Positions 55,146-64,000 of a DNA stretch of 64,000 bases are shown here, one piece after another. Origin of the DNA: an uncultured Collinsella sp. (GTDB lineage Bacteria > Actinomycetota > Coriobacteriia > Coriobacteriales > Coriobacteriaceae); the NCBI GenBank assembly GCA_905208975.1, contig CAJLRE010000001.1, positions 1,689-65,688 on the forward strand. The letters run 5' to 3'. Both the position numbers and the translations under genes were made by a program. The notes beneath the pieces were generated by a model. The model saw only the letters and a program-made list of their open reading frames with translations. It made no database searches and was not told the origin of the DNA. Within the stretch, counting starts at the first letter, position 1, and every line of letters starts with the position of its first letter.

Positions 55146-56114
55146 TTAGTACTGCTCGATACCCATGTAGCGACGAACCTCGGGGCTGTGGTCGAATACC
55201 TTGCCGCGAGCGGCACGCAGCTCGCAGCTCATGTTGTAGAAGAAGATCGGTTCCAGGTACGAACGCACGCTGGCAGGCACGTCGCCCACGCCGTACTCGA
55301 GCGCGTCGAGCACCATGACCGTATCGGTGTGCGTGTTGAGGAACGCAAGCGCGCGCTCCTCCATGGGGCGGCACTCGCCCGATCCGAGCTGCACGAAATA
55401 GAACACACCGGGCTCGGTGGCTTCGAACGGGCCGTGGAAGTACTCGCCGGAGTGGATATAGCAGCAGTGCTGCCACTGCATCTCCATGAGCGAGCAGATG
55501 GCCATAGCGTAGGTCTGGCTAAAGTTGGGGCCGGAACCCAGGATATAGAAGAACTCGTGCTGCTGGCAGAGCTCGGCAAAGCGATCGCCCAGCTCGGCGT
55601 TGACCTTCTCGCGGGCAGCGGGCAGCAGCGCATCCATCTGCTTAAGGCCGGCGTACATGTCGGCAAGCGCCTCGTAACCCTCTTGCTGGTCGAGCAGCTC
55701 GGCAGCCATCAGGGCGCCGATGCCCTGCGGCACCTCGGCCTGCGGCACGCCTTCGCCCCACGGATAGACCCAGGTGGTCCACTTGCCGTTATCGATCTTG
55801 GAGCCCTCGCGGTCGGTGAGGGCGACAACCTCGGCGCCGGCGGCCAGCGCCATCTCGCAGCCGTCGACGACCTCCTGCGTGTTGCCGCTGTGGCTGCAAG
55901 CGATGACGAGTGACTTCTCGCCAAGACTCTTGGGAGCCATCAGGCAAAACTCGCGTGCCGTGTAGACCGTCGAGGTAAACGTGGTGGCCTCGCGCTTGAG
56001 TAGCTCGTTGGCCGGCATCAGGTCGATCATCGAACCGCCGCAGGCGATCCAAAAGACGTTCTCAATCTTGCCCTTGCGCTCGATAATTTCCTGAACCAGA
56101 TCATGTGCGTTCAC
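55146..56114 (-). CDS. frlB: SIS-domain fructosamine-6-phosphate deglycase (FrlB-like), copy 1
   Basis: ACGGS, SHSGNT, ICSLMEMQW, HSGEYFHGPFE, RRYM. Confidence 0.85.
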   Translation of the reverse strand: MNAHDLVQEIIERKGKIENVFWIACGGSMIDLMPANELLKREATTFTSTVYTAREFCLMAPKSLGEKSLVIACSHSGNTQEVVDGCEMALAAGAEVVALTDREGSKIDNGKWTTWVYPWGEGVPQAEVPQGIGALMAAELLDQQEGYEALADMYAGLKQMDALLPAAREKVNAELGDRFAELCQQHEFFYILGSGPNFSQTYAMAICSLMEMQWQHCCYIHSGEYFHGPFEATEPGVFYFVQLGSGECRPMEERALAFLNTHTDTVMVLDALEYGVGDVPASVRSYLEPIFFYNMSCELRAARGKVFDHSPEVRRYMGIEQY

Positions 56115-56170
56115 GGTGATGTTCCTCCTTGTGTGGCGGCTTTGAACGACGACAGCTCGTACCTGCGGTC

Positions 56171-56258
56171 GTTCTATGTTGTCCTATTTATAGCACGCAC
56201 GACGATGCACGTGAAGTCATTTCACCAAATTTGTTCTATGTTGTTCTATCTATGGACG
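56171..56258. promoter_or_regulatory. Tandem 26-bp direct repeat upstream of frlB; candidate GntR/HutC operators
   Basis: GTTCTATGTTGTCCTATTTATAGCAC (56171) and GTTCTATGTTGTTCTATCTATGGAC (56233); period 62 bp. Confidence 0.6.
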
Positions 56259-57017
56259 TTAGATGTCGAACACGTAGCGCGAGCCCACGATCTTTTGGCG
56301 TCCGAGCAGCAGGGGCCGCCCGTCCGCATCGGTAAAGTATGCCTCCATATAGAAGAGCGGCTCGCCGACCGGCACCTCCAGCAGCGGGGCCGCCTGAGCA
56401 TCGGCAAGCGCAATCTCCACGGTGCAGGGGTCTGACTTGAGCGGCGCACGGCCCGAATGCTCGGCAACGAGCGCAAAGATGGAATTGTCCGTGAGGTCCT
56501 TGTCGGCAAGCGTCTGCAGATAGGGATGGTCGGCCAGCACAAAGGCGTTGTTCTCGAGCATGACGGGCACGCCATCTGCCGTGCGCACGCGCTCGACCAC
56601 GATGAGCTCGCAGCCGGGTTCCACCCCAAAAAACGCCGCGTCCTCGCGCGTCGCCGCAACCACCGTGCGCGACACCAGACGTGCTCCGGCCACCATGTCG
56701 TTGGCGGCGCAACCCTCGGAAAAGCTCTGAACGTCACCCTTCTGGACAATCTTGCGTTTGAGCTTGGGCGCACACACAAACGTGCCCCTCCCCTGCTGGC
56801 GATTGAGATACCCCGCGCGCGACAGCTCCTCGACGGCGCGGCGCACGGTGATGCGTCCCACGCCGTAGTACTTCGCGAGCTCCATCTCGGAAGGAATGCG
56901 CGAGCCGGATGCGTACACGCCGCGCGCGATCTCGCCCTTTAGGTCGTCCATAACCTGCTGGTACAGCGGCACGGCGGACACCTCAGTGCGCTCGGTTTTA
57001 TCGTCGGATGCCATCAT
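56259..57017 (-). CDS. GntR/HutC (UTRA) transcriptional regulator, FrlR-like
   Basis: PLYQQV..IPSEMELA..VGRITVRRAV..QGRGTFV wHTH plus UTRA domain. Confidence 0.92.
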   Translation of the reverse strand: MMASDDKTERTEVSAVPLYQQVMDDLKGEIARGVYASGSRIPSEMELAKYYGVGRITVRRAVEELSRAGYLNRQQGRGTFVCAPKLKRKIVQKGDVQSFSEGCAANDMVAGARLVSRTVVAATREDAAFFGVEPGCELIVVERVRTADGVPVMLENNAFVLADHPYLQTLADKDLTDNSIFALVAEHSGRAPLKSDPCTVEIALADAQAAPLLEVPVGEPLFYMEAYFTDADGRPLLLGRQKIVGSRYVFDI

Positions 57018-58999
57018 TACGCTCCATCCCGTGCATGCTCGGACTCAAACTCTTCAATCGCCGCCATAAACTGCTCGCCAAAGGCATCGGCCTTTTTCTC
57101 GCCAATACCGTTGACCTGGATAAGCTCGTCGCGTGTCTGAGGTCGTAGGCGGCACAGGCCGCGCAGGGCCTTGTCAGAGAAGACCATGTACGGCGCCATC
57201 TCCAGCTCGGTCGAAATCTCCTTGCGCAGGGCACGCAGGCGCTCGAACAGCTCGGCATCGTCACCCACGCGCGGGCGCTGATCTAGCTCGGCCTCCTCAC
57301 GCAGCAGATCCACCGCGCGGCGGGCACGGGCCGAGGCCTTGCGCTTGGACGCACGACGCTTGACGGTAAAGGCAAACGCCTCATCCTCGACCTCGGTGGC
57401 ACGCGGGCCCAGCCCCACGACCGGGTACTGCCCCTGCGAGGTAGCCAGATAACCGCGGCCGCACAGCTGGCCGATGATGTCCTTGATACGCCCGACCGAT
57501 TCGCTCGACAGCTCACCGTAGCCGCGGTCCTCGTCCAGATGCATCTGGCGAATGCGCTCGGTGTTGCCGCCGTGGAGCACGTCGGCGATGAGCGACTTGC
57601 CAAAGCGCAAGGGTCGCGTGGCCACATAGCGCACAGCGGCGCGGGCCATATCGGTGACGTCCTCGACCTCGAACTTCGTGAGGCAGTTGCTGCAGTTGCC
57701 GCAGCCCTCGGCGTCGTCCGTGGCGGTGCTGCCCGCACCAGCCGCGGCAGCATGCTCGGCCGCGGCCTCGTCGCCAAAGTAGCGCAGCATGTATTCGCGC
57801 AGGCAGCCGGTGGTATTGCAGTAGCCCTCCATCTGGCTGAGCAGGCGATATCGATTCTGGAGCGCCCACGCGCGCTGCTCGTCGTCGAGCGCCTCATCGG
57901 CAGCATCGCCGCGGTCGATCAAAAAGCGACGCATGCGAAAATCGTTACCGTTCCACAGCAGATGGCAGCTGGCCGGGTCTCCATCGCGGCCGGCTCGACC
58001 CGCCTCTTGGTAGTATGCCTCGATGCTCTCGGGCACGTTGTTGTGAATCACGTAGCGCACGTTGGGCTTGTCGATGCCCATGCCAAAGGCGTTGGTGGCA
58101 ACCATCACCTGGATATCGTCGTCGATAAAGGCGCGCTGGCTTTGGCGACGGGCGTCGTTGCCCATGCCGGCATGGTAGCGACCAACGTGAATGCCGCTGG
58201 GGCCCAGCGCCTCGGCAAGCTCGCCGGCGAGCTCATCGACGGTCTTGCGGGTCGAGCAATACACGATGCCGCTCTCGCTCGAATGTGCGATCACATAGTC
58301 GCGCACCCACGCGGCCTTGGCCTTGTCGCCCATCTCCTCGCAGCCAAAGTAGAGGTTCTTGCGATCGAAGCCCGTCACCACCGTCGCGGGATTTTGCAGG
58401 CCGAGCATCTGCTGAATGTCCGCGCGCACACGCTCAGTCGCCGTAGCGGTAAAGGCCGCCACGATGGGGCGCTGCGGCAGGGAATCGATGAACTCACGAA
58501 TCTGCAGGTAGGCGGGACGGAAATCCTGGCCCCATTGGCTCACGCAGTGGGCCTCGTCAATGGCCACGAGCGGCACGCCAATGCCGCCGTCCGCCGCGGC
58601 CTCCTGCGCAAAGGCCAAAAAGCGTGGCTCGAGCAAGCGCTCGGGCGCCACGTACATAAGCTGGTAGCGGCCCTCGCGCGCCCGCTTGAGCACGGTGTTT
58701 TGCTGGGCCGGAGTAAGGCTGGAGTTGAGATAACTGGGGCGCGCACCCGCCGCGAGCAGCGCGCGGGTCTGGTCCTCCATAAGCGACAGCAGCGGACTCA
58801 CCACAAAGGTGATGCCGGGCAGCATGAGCGCGGGTACCTGGTAGCAAATGGACTTGCCGGCGCCCGTGGGCATAACACCCAGCGCATCGCGACCGGCAAG
58901 GATCGCATCGACCATGCGGTCCTGTCCCGGGCGAAACGAGGTGTAGCCAAAATAGGCGCCGAGCGTGTCGAGCGCCGTCTGTTGCATGCTATCGGTCAT
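57017..58999 (-). CDS. recQ: ATP-dependent DNA helicase RecQ
   Basis: MPTGAGKSICYQ, DEAHCVSQWGQDFR, ATNAFGMGIDK, QEAGRAGRDG, zinc-binding CGNCSNC, RQC and HRDC domains. Confidence 0.96.
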   Translation of the reverse strand: MTDSMQQTALDTLGAYFGYTSFRPGQDRMVDAILAGRDALGVMPTGAGKSICYQVPALMLPGITFVVSPLLSLMEDQTRALLAAGARPSYLNSSLTPAQQNTVLKRAREGRYQLMYVAPERLLEPRFLAFAQEAAADGGIGVPLVAIDEAHCVSQWGQDFRPAYLQIREFIDSLPQRPIVAAFTATATERVRADIQQMLGLQNPATVVTGFDRKNLYFGCEEMGDKAKAAWVRDYVIAHSSESGIVYCSTRKTVDELAGELAEALGPSGIHVGRYHAGMGNDARRQSQRAFIDDDIQVMVATNAFGMGIDKPNVRYVIHNNVPESIEAYYQEAGRAGRDGDPASCHLLWNGNDFRMRRFLIDRGDAADEALDDEQRAWALQNRYRLLSQMEGYCNTTGCLREYMLRYFGDEAAAEHAAAAGAGSTATDDAEGCGNCSNCLTKFEVEDVTDMARAAVRYVATRPLRFGKSLIADVLHGGNTERIRQMHLDEDRGYGELSSESVGRIKDIIGQLCGRGYLATSQGQYPVVGLGPRATEVEDEAFAFTVKRRASKRKASARARRAVDLLREEAELDQRPRVGDDAELFERLRALRKEISTELEMAPYMVFSDKALRGLCRLRPQTRDELIQVNGIGEKKADAFGEQFMAAIEEFESEHARDGA

Positions 59000-59088
59000 G
59001 GTTTCCTAACGTCCAAGTCATCTGCCGCCGATTATACGCCGCCACGCGGACCAGTGCCGCACGGCGACCAGCCACGCTCATTCTGCGG

Positions 59089-59184
59089 GTAGTCATTGGG
59101 GGCGTTCTTAAACGACTAGTCAAACAAGAATATCCCTAACGACTACTCATTTAAGTCTGTCCCCAATGAATGCAATGACTACTC
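59089..59184. repeat. REP-like palindrome with GTAGTC/GACTAC units
   Basis: GGTAGTCATTGGGGGCG..TTAAACGACTAGTC ... GACTACTCATTTAAGTCTGTCCCCAATGA..ATGACTACTC. Confidence 0.6.
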
Positions 59185-59199
59185 CGCCGCAGGTAGAGG

Positions 59200-59351
59200 A
59201 CGGACAGCGAGCGACGTCCAGGGCGAACAAGTTGGCATGAAAAAGGCAAGGCATAGACCTTCTGGTCATGCCTTGCCTTTTGAATGACAAATTGTCGCCC
59301 TGGGCGGCGCGCAGCGTCGGCCCGTTACGCGGTTTGGTAAAACCGCGTAAC
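59200..59351. repeat. ~150-bp dispersed stem-loop element, copy 2
   Basis: Same GACCTTCTGGTC hairpin core and identical 28-bp palindrome (59324-59351) as 36311-36460. Confidence 0.8.
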
Positions 59352-60071
59352 TTACATGACCATAACGTAGCGCGATCCCACGTAGTACTGCTTACCCATC
59401 AAAACCGGCTCGCCATTGGGGCCGATAAAGCCGGCACGCAGGTTGAGCAGCGGGTCGTGCGGGGCAATGCCCAGCTCGGCGGCCTGCTCGGCGTTGGCGC
59501 GAACGGCCTCGACCGTGCGGTAGCCAACCGAGACAATCGGCGTTCCGCCAACACGCTCGACCTCGGCAAAAATCGACTTGTCCTCAAGATCGGCCGTCAA
59601 CAGCTCACGGTAAGCGTCAAACGGCACAAAGATGTTCTCTTCAAAGATGGGCTCGCCGTCGGCAGTACGCACGCGCTTGATATGCAGCAGCAGCGCATCC
59701 TTCTGCAGGCCAAAGAACTCCATCTCGTTTTGGCGCGCCGGAACAATCTGACGATCGATCACATGTGCGCCCGCCTTCATGCCGTTGTCGGCACACAGCG
59801 CGGTAAACGTCTGCAGCGTCGAGGCGTGAAACTGGCGATTGATGTGCGGCGTGGAAACAAAGGTGCCGCGGCCCTGCTGCTTAACCAGGTAGCCATCGGA
59901 GCACAACTCCTCGACGGCGCGGCGCACCGTAATTCGGCTCACCTCGTACTGCTCGGCTAGCTCGAGCTCGGACGGAATACGCTCCTTGGGTGCATAAACA
60001 CCTTTCTCGATCGCATCCTTGATTTCGTCGTAAATCTGCTGGTAAAGCGGTGCATTTTTGGGCGCAGGCAT
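59352..60071 (-). CDS. GntR/HutC (UTRA) transcriptional regulator, paralog 2
   Basis: PLYQQIY..IPSELELA..VSRITVRRAV..QQGRGTFV; C-terminus resembles 56259..57017 (RVRTADG, VGSRYV). Confidence 0.92.
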   Translation of the reverse strand: MPAPKNAPLYQQIYDEIKDAIEKGVYAPKERIPSELELAEQYEVSRITVRRAVEELCSDGYLVKQQGRGTFVSTPHINRQFHASTLQTFTALCADNGMKAGAHVIDRQIVPARQNEMEFFGLQKDALLLHIKRVRTADGEPIFEENIFVPFDAYRELLTADLEDKSIFAEVERVGGTPIVSVGYRTVEAVRANAEQAAELGIAPHDPLLNLRAGFIGPNGEPVLMGKQYYVGSRYVMVM

Positions 60072-60175
60072 ATCTAATCACTCTTATCGAAATATCAAAA
60101 TAGCTAATACGTATATAACGTCTTTTTATATGTTACCTCAGTTGGATAAAACGATACACCACATACAGCAAAACC

Positions 60176-61183
60176 TTACTTGCCGTCGTCCTGTTGCAGA
60201 CTGTCCTGCTCGCTGAGGCGCGCCTGCCTGCTGGCCATGCGTGCGGGCTTGTCGGGATCGGGAACGGCCGTGGGCATGGGCTCGTCGACATGACCACCCC
60301 ACCAGCCGCCCACAAAGCTGAGCGTGTGGAACACGTTGATCACGGCACCGGGATCAATGTCGCACACCAGCTTGATAATGTCCTGGCTCTCGTAGGTCGA
60401 GACAACGGCGTGCAGCAGGTACATCTTTTCGCGGCTATATCCGCCGATGACCTCGGCGCAACTAATGCCGTGCTGAAAATGGTCAACATAGGCGGTCATG
60501 ACCTCGTCTGCCTTGCGCGTCGTGATCTGCAGCGTCACGCGGTCGTAGCGACGATAGAAACTGTCGATGGTCTTGGTCGAAATAAACTGGAACACGATGG
60601 AATACGCCGCCTTGTCCCAGCCAAACATGAAACCGAAGATCGCCAGGATAAAGCAGTTGAAACCAAAGATGACGCCCCAGATGGTCTTGCCCGTGTGGTT
60701 GGAAACCCACAGCGCGATAAAGTCGGTGCCGCCGGTTGATGCACCGGACTTGAGCGCGATGGCAGCACCCAGACCCGAGACCACGCCACCAAAAATGATG
60801 AGCATGATCTTGTCGCCCAAAAACGGGGCGAAATGAAAGATGTTGAGGAACAGCGACGAGAGCATGACCTGCATCATCGAGAAGATGACGAAACGCTTGC
60901 TAATGCCGCTCCAGCATAGGAGCGCCACGGGGATGTTGAGCGCGAGCATGCCGAGCGAGATGTCGATATGAACGCCGCCAAGCGAGGTAACGCGATCGAG
61001 CAGGACCGCGACGCCTGTGAGACCGCTCGGAAGCAGATCGGCGGGCTGAATGAACGCCTGGATCAGAAATGTCTGGAGAACGGCTGATATGGTGACCGCC
61101 ACAGCGGTAATAGCGCGGCGAACGATGGTAAGGCGGCCGAGCACGAGCACGCGGTCCGTGAGCTGATCGATGGCGTTCGCCAC
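60176..61183 (-). CDS. YitT family membrane protein (DUF161/DUF2179)
   Basis: SGLTG, LNIP, GASTGGTDFIA, IDPGAVI. Confidence 0.88.
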   Translation of the reverse strand: MANAIDQLTDRVLVLGRLTIVRRAITAVAVTISAVLQTFLIQAFIQPADLLPSGLTGVAVLLDRVTSLGGVHIDISLGMLALNIPVALLCWSGISKRFVIFSMMQVMLSSLFLNIFHFAPFLGDKIMLIIFGGVVSGLGAAIALKSGASTGGTDFIALWVSNHTGKTIWGVIFGFNCFILAIFGFMFGWDKAAYSIVFQFISTKTIDSFYRRYDRVTLQITTRKADEVMTAYVDHFQHGISCAEVIGGYSREKMYLLHAVVSTYESQDIIKLVCDIDPGAVINVFHTLSFVGGWWGGHVDEPMPTAVPDPDKPARMASRQARLSEQDSLQQDDGK

Positions 61184-61319
61184 GTAGGCTCCCTTCGAAG
61201 GCAGATGTAGTTGTGGGGCATGTCGGCGATTGTAGCATGGAGCGACAGAGGGCGCCTCAATTCACCCTCTCTCGACAACCAAAACGGGACCGGTAACCCC
61301 ACAACCAAAGGCCCAAATT

Positions 61320-61443
61320 CTAAGTGAGTAGACTTTTCGCGACCTCCCGAGCACAGCCAATAACAGCCACCTCTGTGACCTGCGGTTTTACTAAGTCAGA
61401 AACGCTTTGTGCCCGGCCTGCGCCAAAAAGTCTACTCACTTAG
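61320..61443. repeat. 124-bp element with perfect 18-bp terminal inverted repeats
   Basis: CTAAGTGAGTAGACTTTT (61320-61337) / AAAAGTCTACTCACTTAG (61426-61443); central GACCTGCGGTTTT. Confidence 0.8.
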
Positions 61444-61538
61444 CCCGAATCGAAGCCAAACGGATCTAAATTGATGCCAAATTAAGCCAATCTGCAGCAA
61501 ATGACGCGTGAACCAGTGCTTCTCGCGGTGGATTGACA

Positions 61539-62168
61539 CTACAGAGCGGCCAAAATGTCGGTCAGGTTGTCGATGACGACGTCGGCGGCGGACTGGTCCA
61601 GGTTGACGCCCTCATGCGGACGCAGTGCCAGGACGCGGGCGCCGGAGCGCTTGCCAGCCTCGATGCCCAACGGCGAGTCCTCGATAACCAGGCACTCGGC
61701 GGGGTCAACTCCCAGCGTCTCCATGGCACGCAGGTAGATCTCGGGGTCGGGCTTAAACGCACTGCACTCGTGACCGCTGATGGTGTAGTCCAGCACGTCG
61801 GCGATACCGGCAATCTCAACCAGCTCGTCGATGAGCTCGCGGTAGGACGAGCTCGCGATGGCACACTTCACGCCGCGTTCGTGCAGTTCGCGCATCACCG
61901 GCTCCGTCTGCTCGTTGAGCAGCTCGGCATACGGAACGGGGTGGACCGGGCTGTAGACCTGCTTGTACTCCACACGCAGGCGCTCGCGCAGCTCGACATC
62001 GTCGGGCACCAGCGCCTCCCAAATGGCAGGCTCGTTAGACCCCGAAAGATCGGGAATCTCGTCAAAGTGGAAGCCCTTCTCCTCCATAAACGCCACGCGG
62101 CGACGGTTGTAGAACCACTCGGTATCGACCAGCACGCCGTCCATATCAAACAGCACTGCCTTGATCAT
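61539..62168 (-). CDS. HAD family phosphatase (beta-PGM-like)
   Basis: FDMDGVLVDTE, IASSS, KPDPEIY, IEDSPLG. Confidence 0.92.
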   Translation of the reverse strand: MIKAVLFDMDGVLVDTEWFYNRRRVAFMEEKGFHFDEIPDLSGSNEPAIWEALVPDDVELRERLRVEYKQVYSPVHPVPYAELLNEQTEPVMRELHERGVKCAIASSSYRELIDELVEIAGIADVLDYTISGHECSAFKPDPEIYLRAMETLGVDPAECLVIEDSPLGIEAGKRSGARVLALRPHEGVNLDQSAADVVIDNLTDILAAL

Positions 62169-62182
62169 ACGCATCTCCTCCC

Positions 62183-62226
62183 ACCTGCCAAAAAGAGACA
62201 GGTTTATTTTGGTAGGTTTTATCTGG
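62183..62226. repeat. 44-bp dispersed repeat (family of 1024-1171)
   Basis: ACCTGCCAAAAAGAGACAGGTTTATTTTGGTAGGTTTTATCTGG. Confidence 0.85.
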
Positions 62227-62327
62227 GGTTTTGCGGCGCAACGAACACGCCCTCCCAAAACAGAAAAGGGGACGGGGTGTAAACCCCATCCCCTCTCAAT
62301 CAACCCGTAAGGTCTACTTACTTGTGA

Positions 62328-63311
62328 TTAGTAGGAAAGCTTCCACATGTAGCGACGCATGGTCAGCGGGTGCTGACGGGCCTCGGCGATCTGGTTGCCG
62401 TACTCGCGCATAACGGCGAGGTGCAGCAGCGGGTTGAAGTAGGTGACGACGCTCGCCGGCACGGCGTCAGCCAGGCCGTAGTCCTTGGAGTCGATCAGAG
62501 CGACCTTGGCGCCCATGCGCTTAAGGAAGGTGAGGGCGCGAGCGTCCATCGGACGGGTAGCACCGTCGGACATGAAGAAGACGTAGGGCTTACCCTCGGT
62601 GGAAACCTCGAACGGGCCGTGGAAGTACTCGCCGGTGTTGTAGGCGGCGGCGTCGATCCACTGCATCTCGGTGAACAGGAAGGCGGCGTGAGAATAAGCC
62701 ATCTTCTCGGAGGCACCGGAGGCCATGAAGTAGATCATCTTGTCGTCCTTGAAGTCTTGGGCGAACTGCTTGGCGAGGCCCTTGGCGGACTGAGCGGCGT
62801 TCTCGCAGAGCTCGAAGACGTTGGTGAGGCCGGTGATCATGTCCTCGTAGTGGTCATAGCCCTCGGTCTGCTGAAGGATCTCGAGAGCAAGAGCGATGGC
62901 GTAGCCAGGCTTCTCGCACTTGGCAGCGTAGTTGGCATGGAAGCCGTGAACGATGACGTGGTCGGCGTCGACGGTCAGAGCGGAGCCGGCCTTGTTGGTG
63001 AGGGAGACGACCGGGCAGTTGTGCTTCTTGGCGGTCTTGTTGGCCTCGACGGTCTCGGGCGTGGAGCCACCGAGGGAGCAGGTGATCACGAAGGTGTGCT
63101 CGTTGACCCAGGAAGGCGTGTCGTAGTTGAACTCGTTAGCGGTGAAGATCTGAACGTTCAGCTTGTCCGTGTTGTTGGCCAGGAAGTACTTGGCAGGGTA
63201 AAGGTCGGACATGGAAGCACCGCAGCCGACGAAGGCGACGCTGTGGATCTCGTGGTTGGACAGGACGTCAGCGACGATCTGCTTAGGGAGGTTAAGGTCG
63301 ATCTCGTACAT
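62328..63311 (-). CDS. frlB: SIS-domain fructosamine-6-phosphate deglycase (FrlB-like), copy 2
   Basis: GCGAS, SLGGSTPET, TEMQW, TGEYFHGPFE, HPLTMRRYMWKLSY. Confidence 0.87.
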   Translation of the reverse strand: MYEIDLNLPKQIVADVLSNHEIHSVAFVGCGASMSDLYPAKYFLANNTDKLNVQIFTANEFNYDTPSWVNEHTFVITCSLGGSTPETVEANKTAKKHNCPVVSLTNKAGSALTVDADHVIVHGFHANYAAKCEKPGYAIALALEILQQTEGYDHYEDMITGLTNVFELCENAAQSAKGLAKQFAQDFKDDKMIYFMASGASEKMAYSHAAFLFTEMQWIDAAAYNTGEYFHGPFEVSTEGKPYVFFMSDGATRPMDARALTFLKRMGAKVALIDSKDYGLADAVPASVVTYFNPLLHLAVMREYGNQIAEARQHPLTMRRYMWKLSY

Positions 63312-63400
63312 CTGACACATTCCTTTCGATTTTTTGCGGCGCCACATTGCCGGGCGCTCGCAGGGTTACCGTGGTTTGGACCGAGTCGCCGGCCCGTTGA

Positions 63401-63435
63401 GGATGTGTCAAAGGAACTGTCCCTTTGACACATCT
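63401..63435. repeat. Palindrome GATGTGTCAAAGG-AACTGTC-CCTTTGACACATC
   Basis: 13-bp perfect arms between the PTS IID and frlB genes. Confidence 0.65.
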
Positions 63436-63509
63436 AGGGATGGAAGCCTGCCTGGGGTATGGGATGCCAGGCAGGCCCCCGGGGAAAGCGGTTAGACGCT
63501 TGGTCGCGA

Positions 63510-64000
63510 CTAGGCCAGGATGCCGGCCGCGGAGAGGGCGATGCCGCCCACGATGGCGATCACGAGAAGCCAACCGGTGTTGACGTTCTTCTTGATGAGC
63601 CAGTACATAAGGCCGGTGAGGCCGAGGGAGATCATCTGGGGCATCATGCCGTCCAGGATGTCCTGAATCACGACGGTGCCCTCAGCGAACTGCAGCGGGG
63701 TGGTGGCGCCGATCAGCGTAGCGATCATGCCGCCCACGGACATAAGACCCACGATGCCGCAGACATACATGAGCTTCTCCATGAGGTCGCCGCCCTGGAG
63801 CTTGCTCAGGTACTCGTGGCCGCCCTGATAGCCGATCTTGGCTGCGAACCACGTGATCAGCACAGAGGGCACGATGGAGATGAGCATGGCCAGGATCGGG
63901 CCCATGATGGAGCCCTGCTGAGCCAGCTGAACACCCAGGCCAAAGGCGATAACGCGGATGGTGCCCTGGAAGAAGGAGTCACCGATGCCGGAAAGCGGAC
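63510..64000 (-). CDS. PTS mannose/fructose/sorbose family EIID component, C-terminal part (5' end beyond the window)
   Basis: Frame extends to PLSGIGDSFFQGTIRVIAFGLG..QQGSIMGPIL; IQDILDGMMPQM..YWLIKK C-terminus. Confidence 0.92.
   Translation of the reverse strand, partial: PLSGIGDSFFQGTIRVIAFGLGVQLAQQGSIMGPILAMLISIVPSVLITWFAAKIGYQGGHEYLSKLQGGDLMEKLMYVCGIVGLMSVGGMIATLIGATTPLQFAEGTVVIQDILDGMMPQMISLGLTGLMYWLIKKNVNTGWLLVIAIVGGIALSAAGILA

Overview
A high-GC, gene-dense chromosomal segment. Gene content and style suggest a gut Coriobacteriia (Collinsella-like) genome; this is an inference and no search was run. The housekeeping backbone comprises serS (partial), proC, rlmH, tatD, rsmA, metG, rsmI, rsgA, a Ca2+-type P-ATPase, pyk, pheST with a Phe T-box, an M32 carboxypeptidase, glmM, an M16C peptidase, metA and recQ, plus three tRNAs (Leu-CAG, Phe-GAA, Val-GAC). 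Accessory content comprises a 10-gene Tad/Flp pilus operon, a toxin-antitoxin-like pair with a frameshifted toxin, an ECF Ni/Co transporter with a NikR-like operator, a defence-like gene patch after tRNA-Val, and a fructosamine (Amadori) PTS/deglycase region. Two non-coding architectures stand out. (1) A homologous ~120-130 bp hairpin-rich element lies just downstream of both tRNA-Leu and tRNA-Phe. Each copy is flanked by a 60-67 bp duplication of the tRNA 3' end plus terminator, and each carries an inverted copy of the T-arm of its own host tRNA. (2) A stand-alone AbiEi-like/Vsr-DUF559-like nuclease gene is bracketed by TCCACGCTC arrays with an invariant 55/29/22-bp geometry, and a third, orphan array lies about 4 kb away. 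Intergenic regions also hold several dispersed palindromic or MITE-like repeat families.
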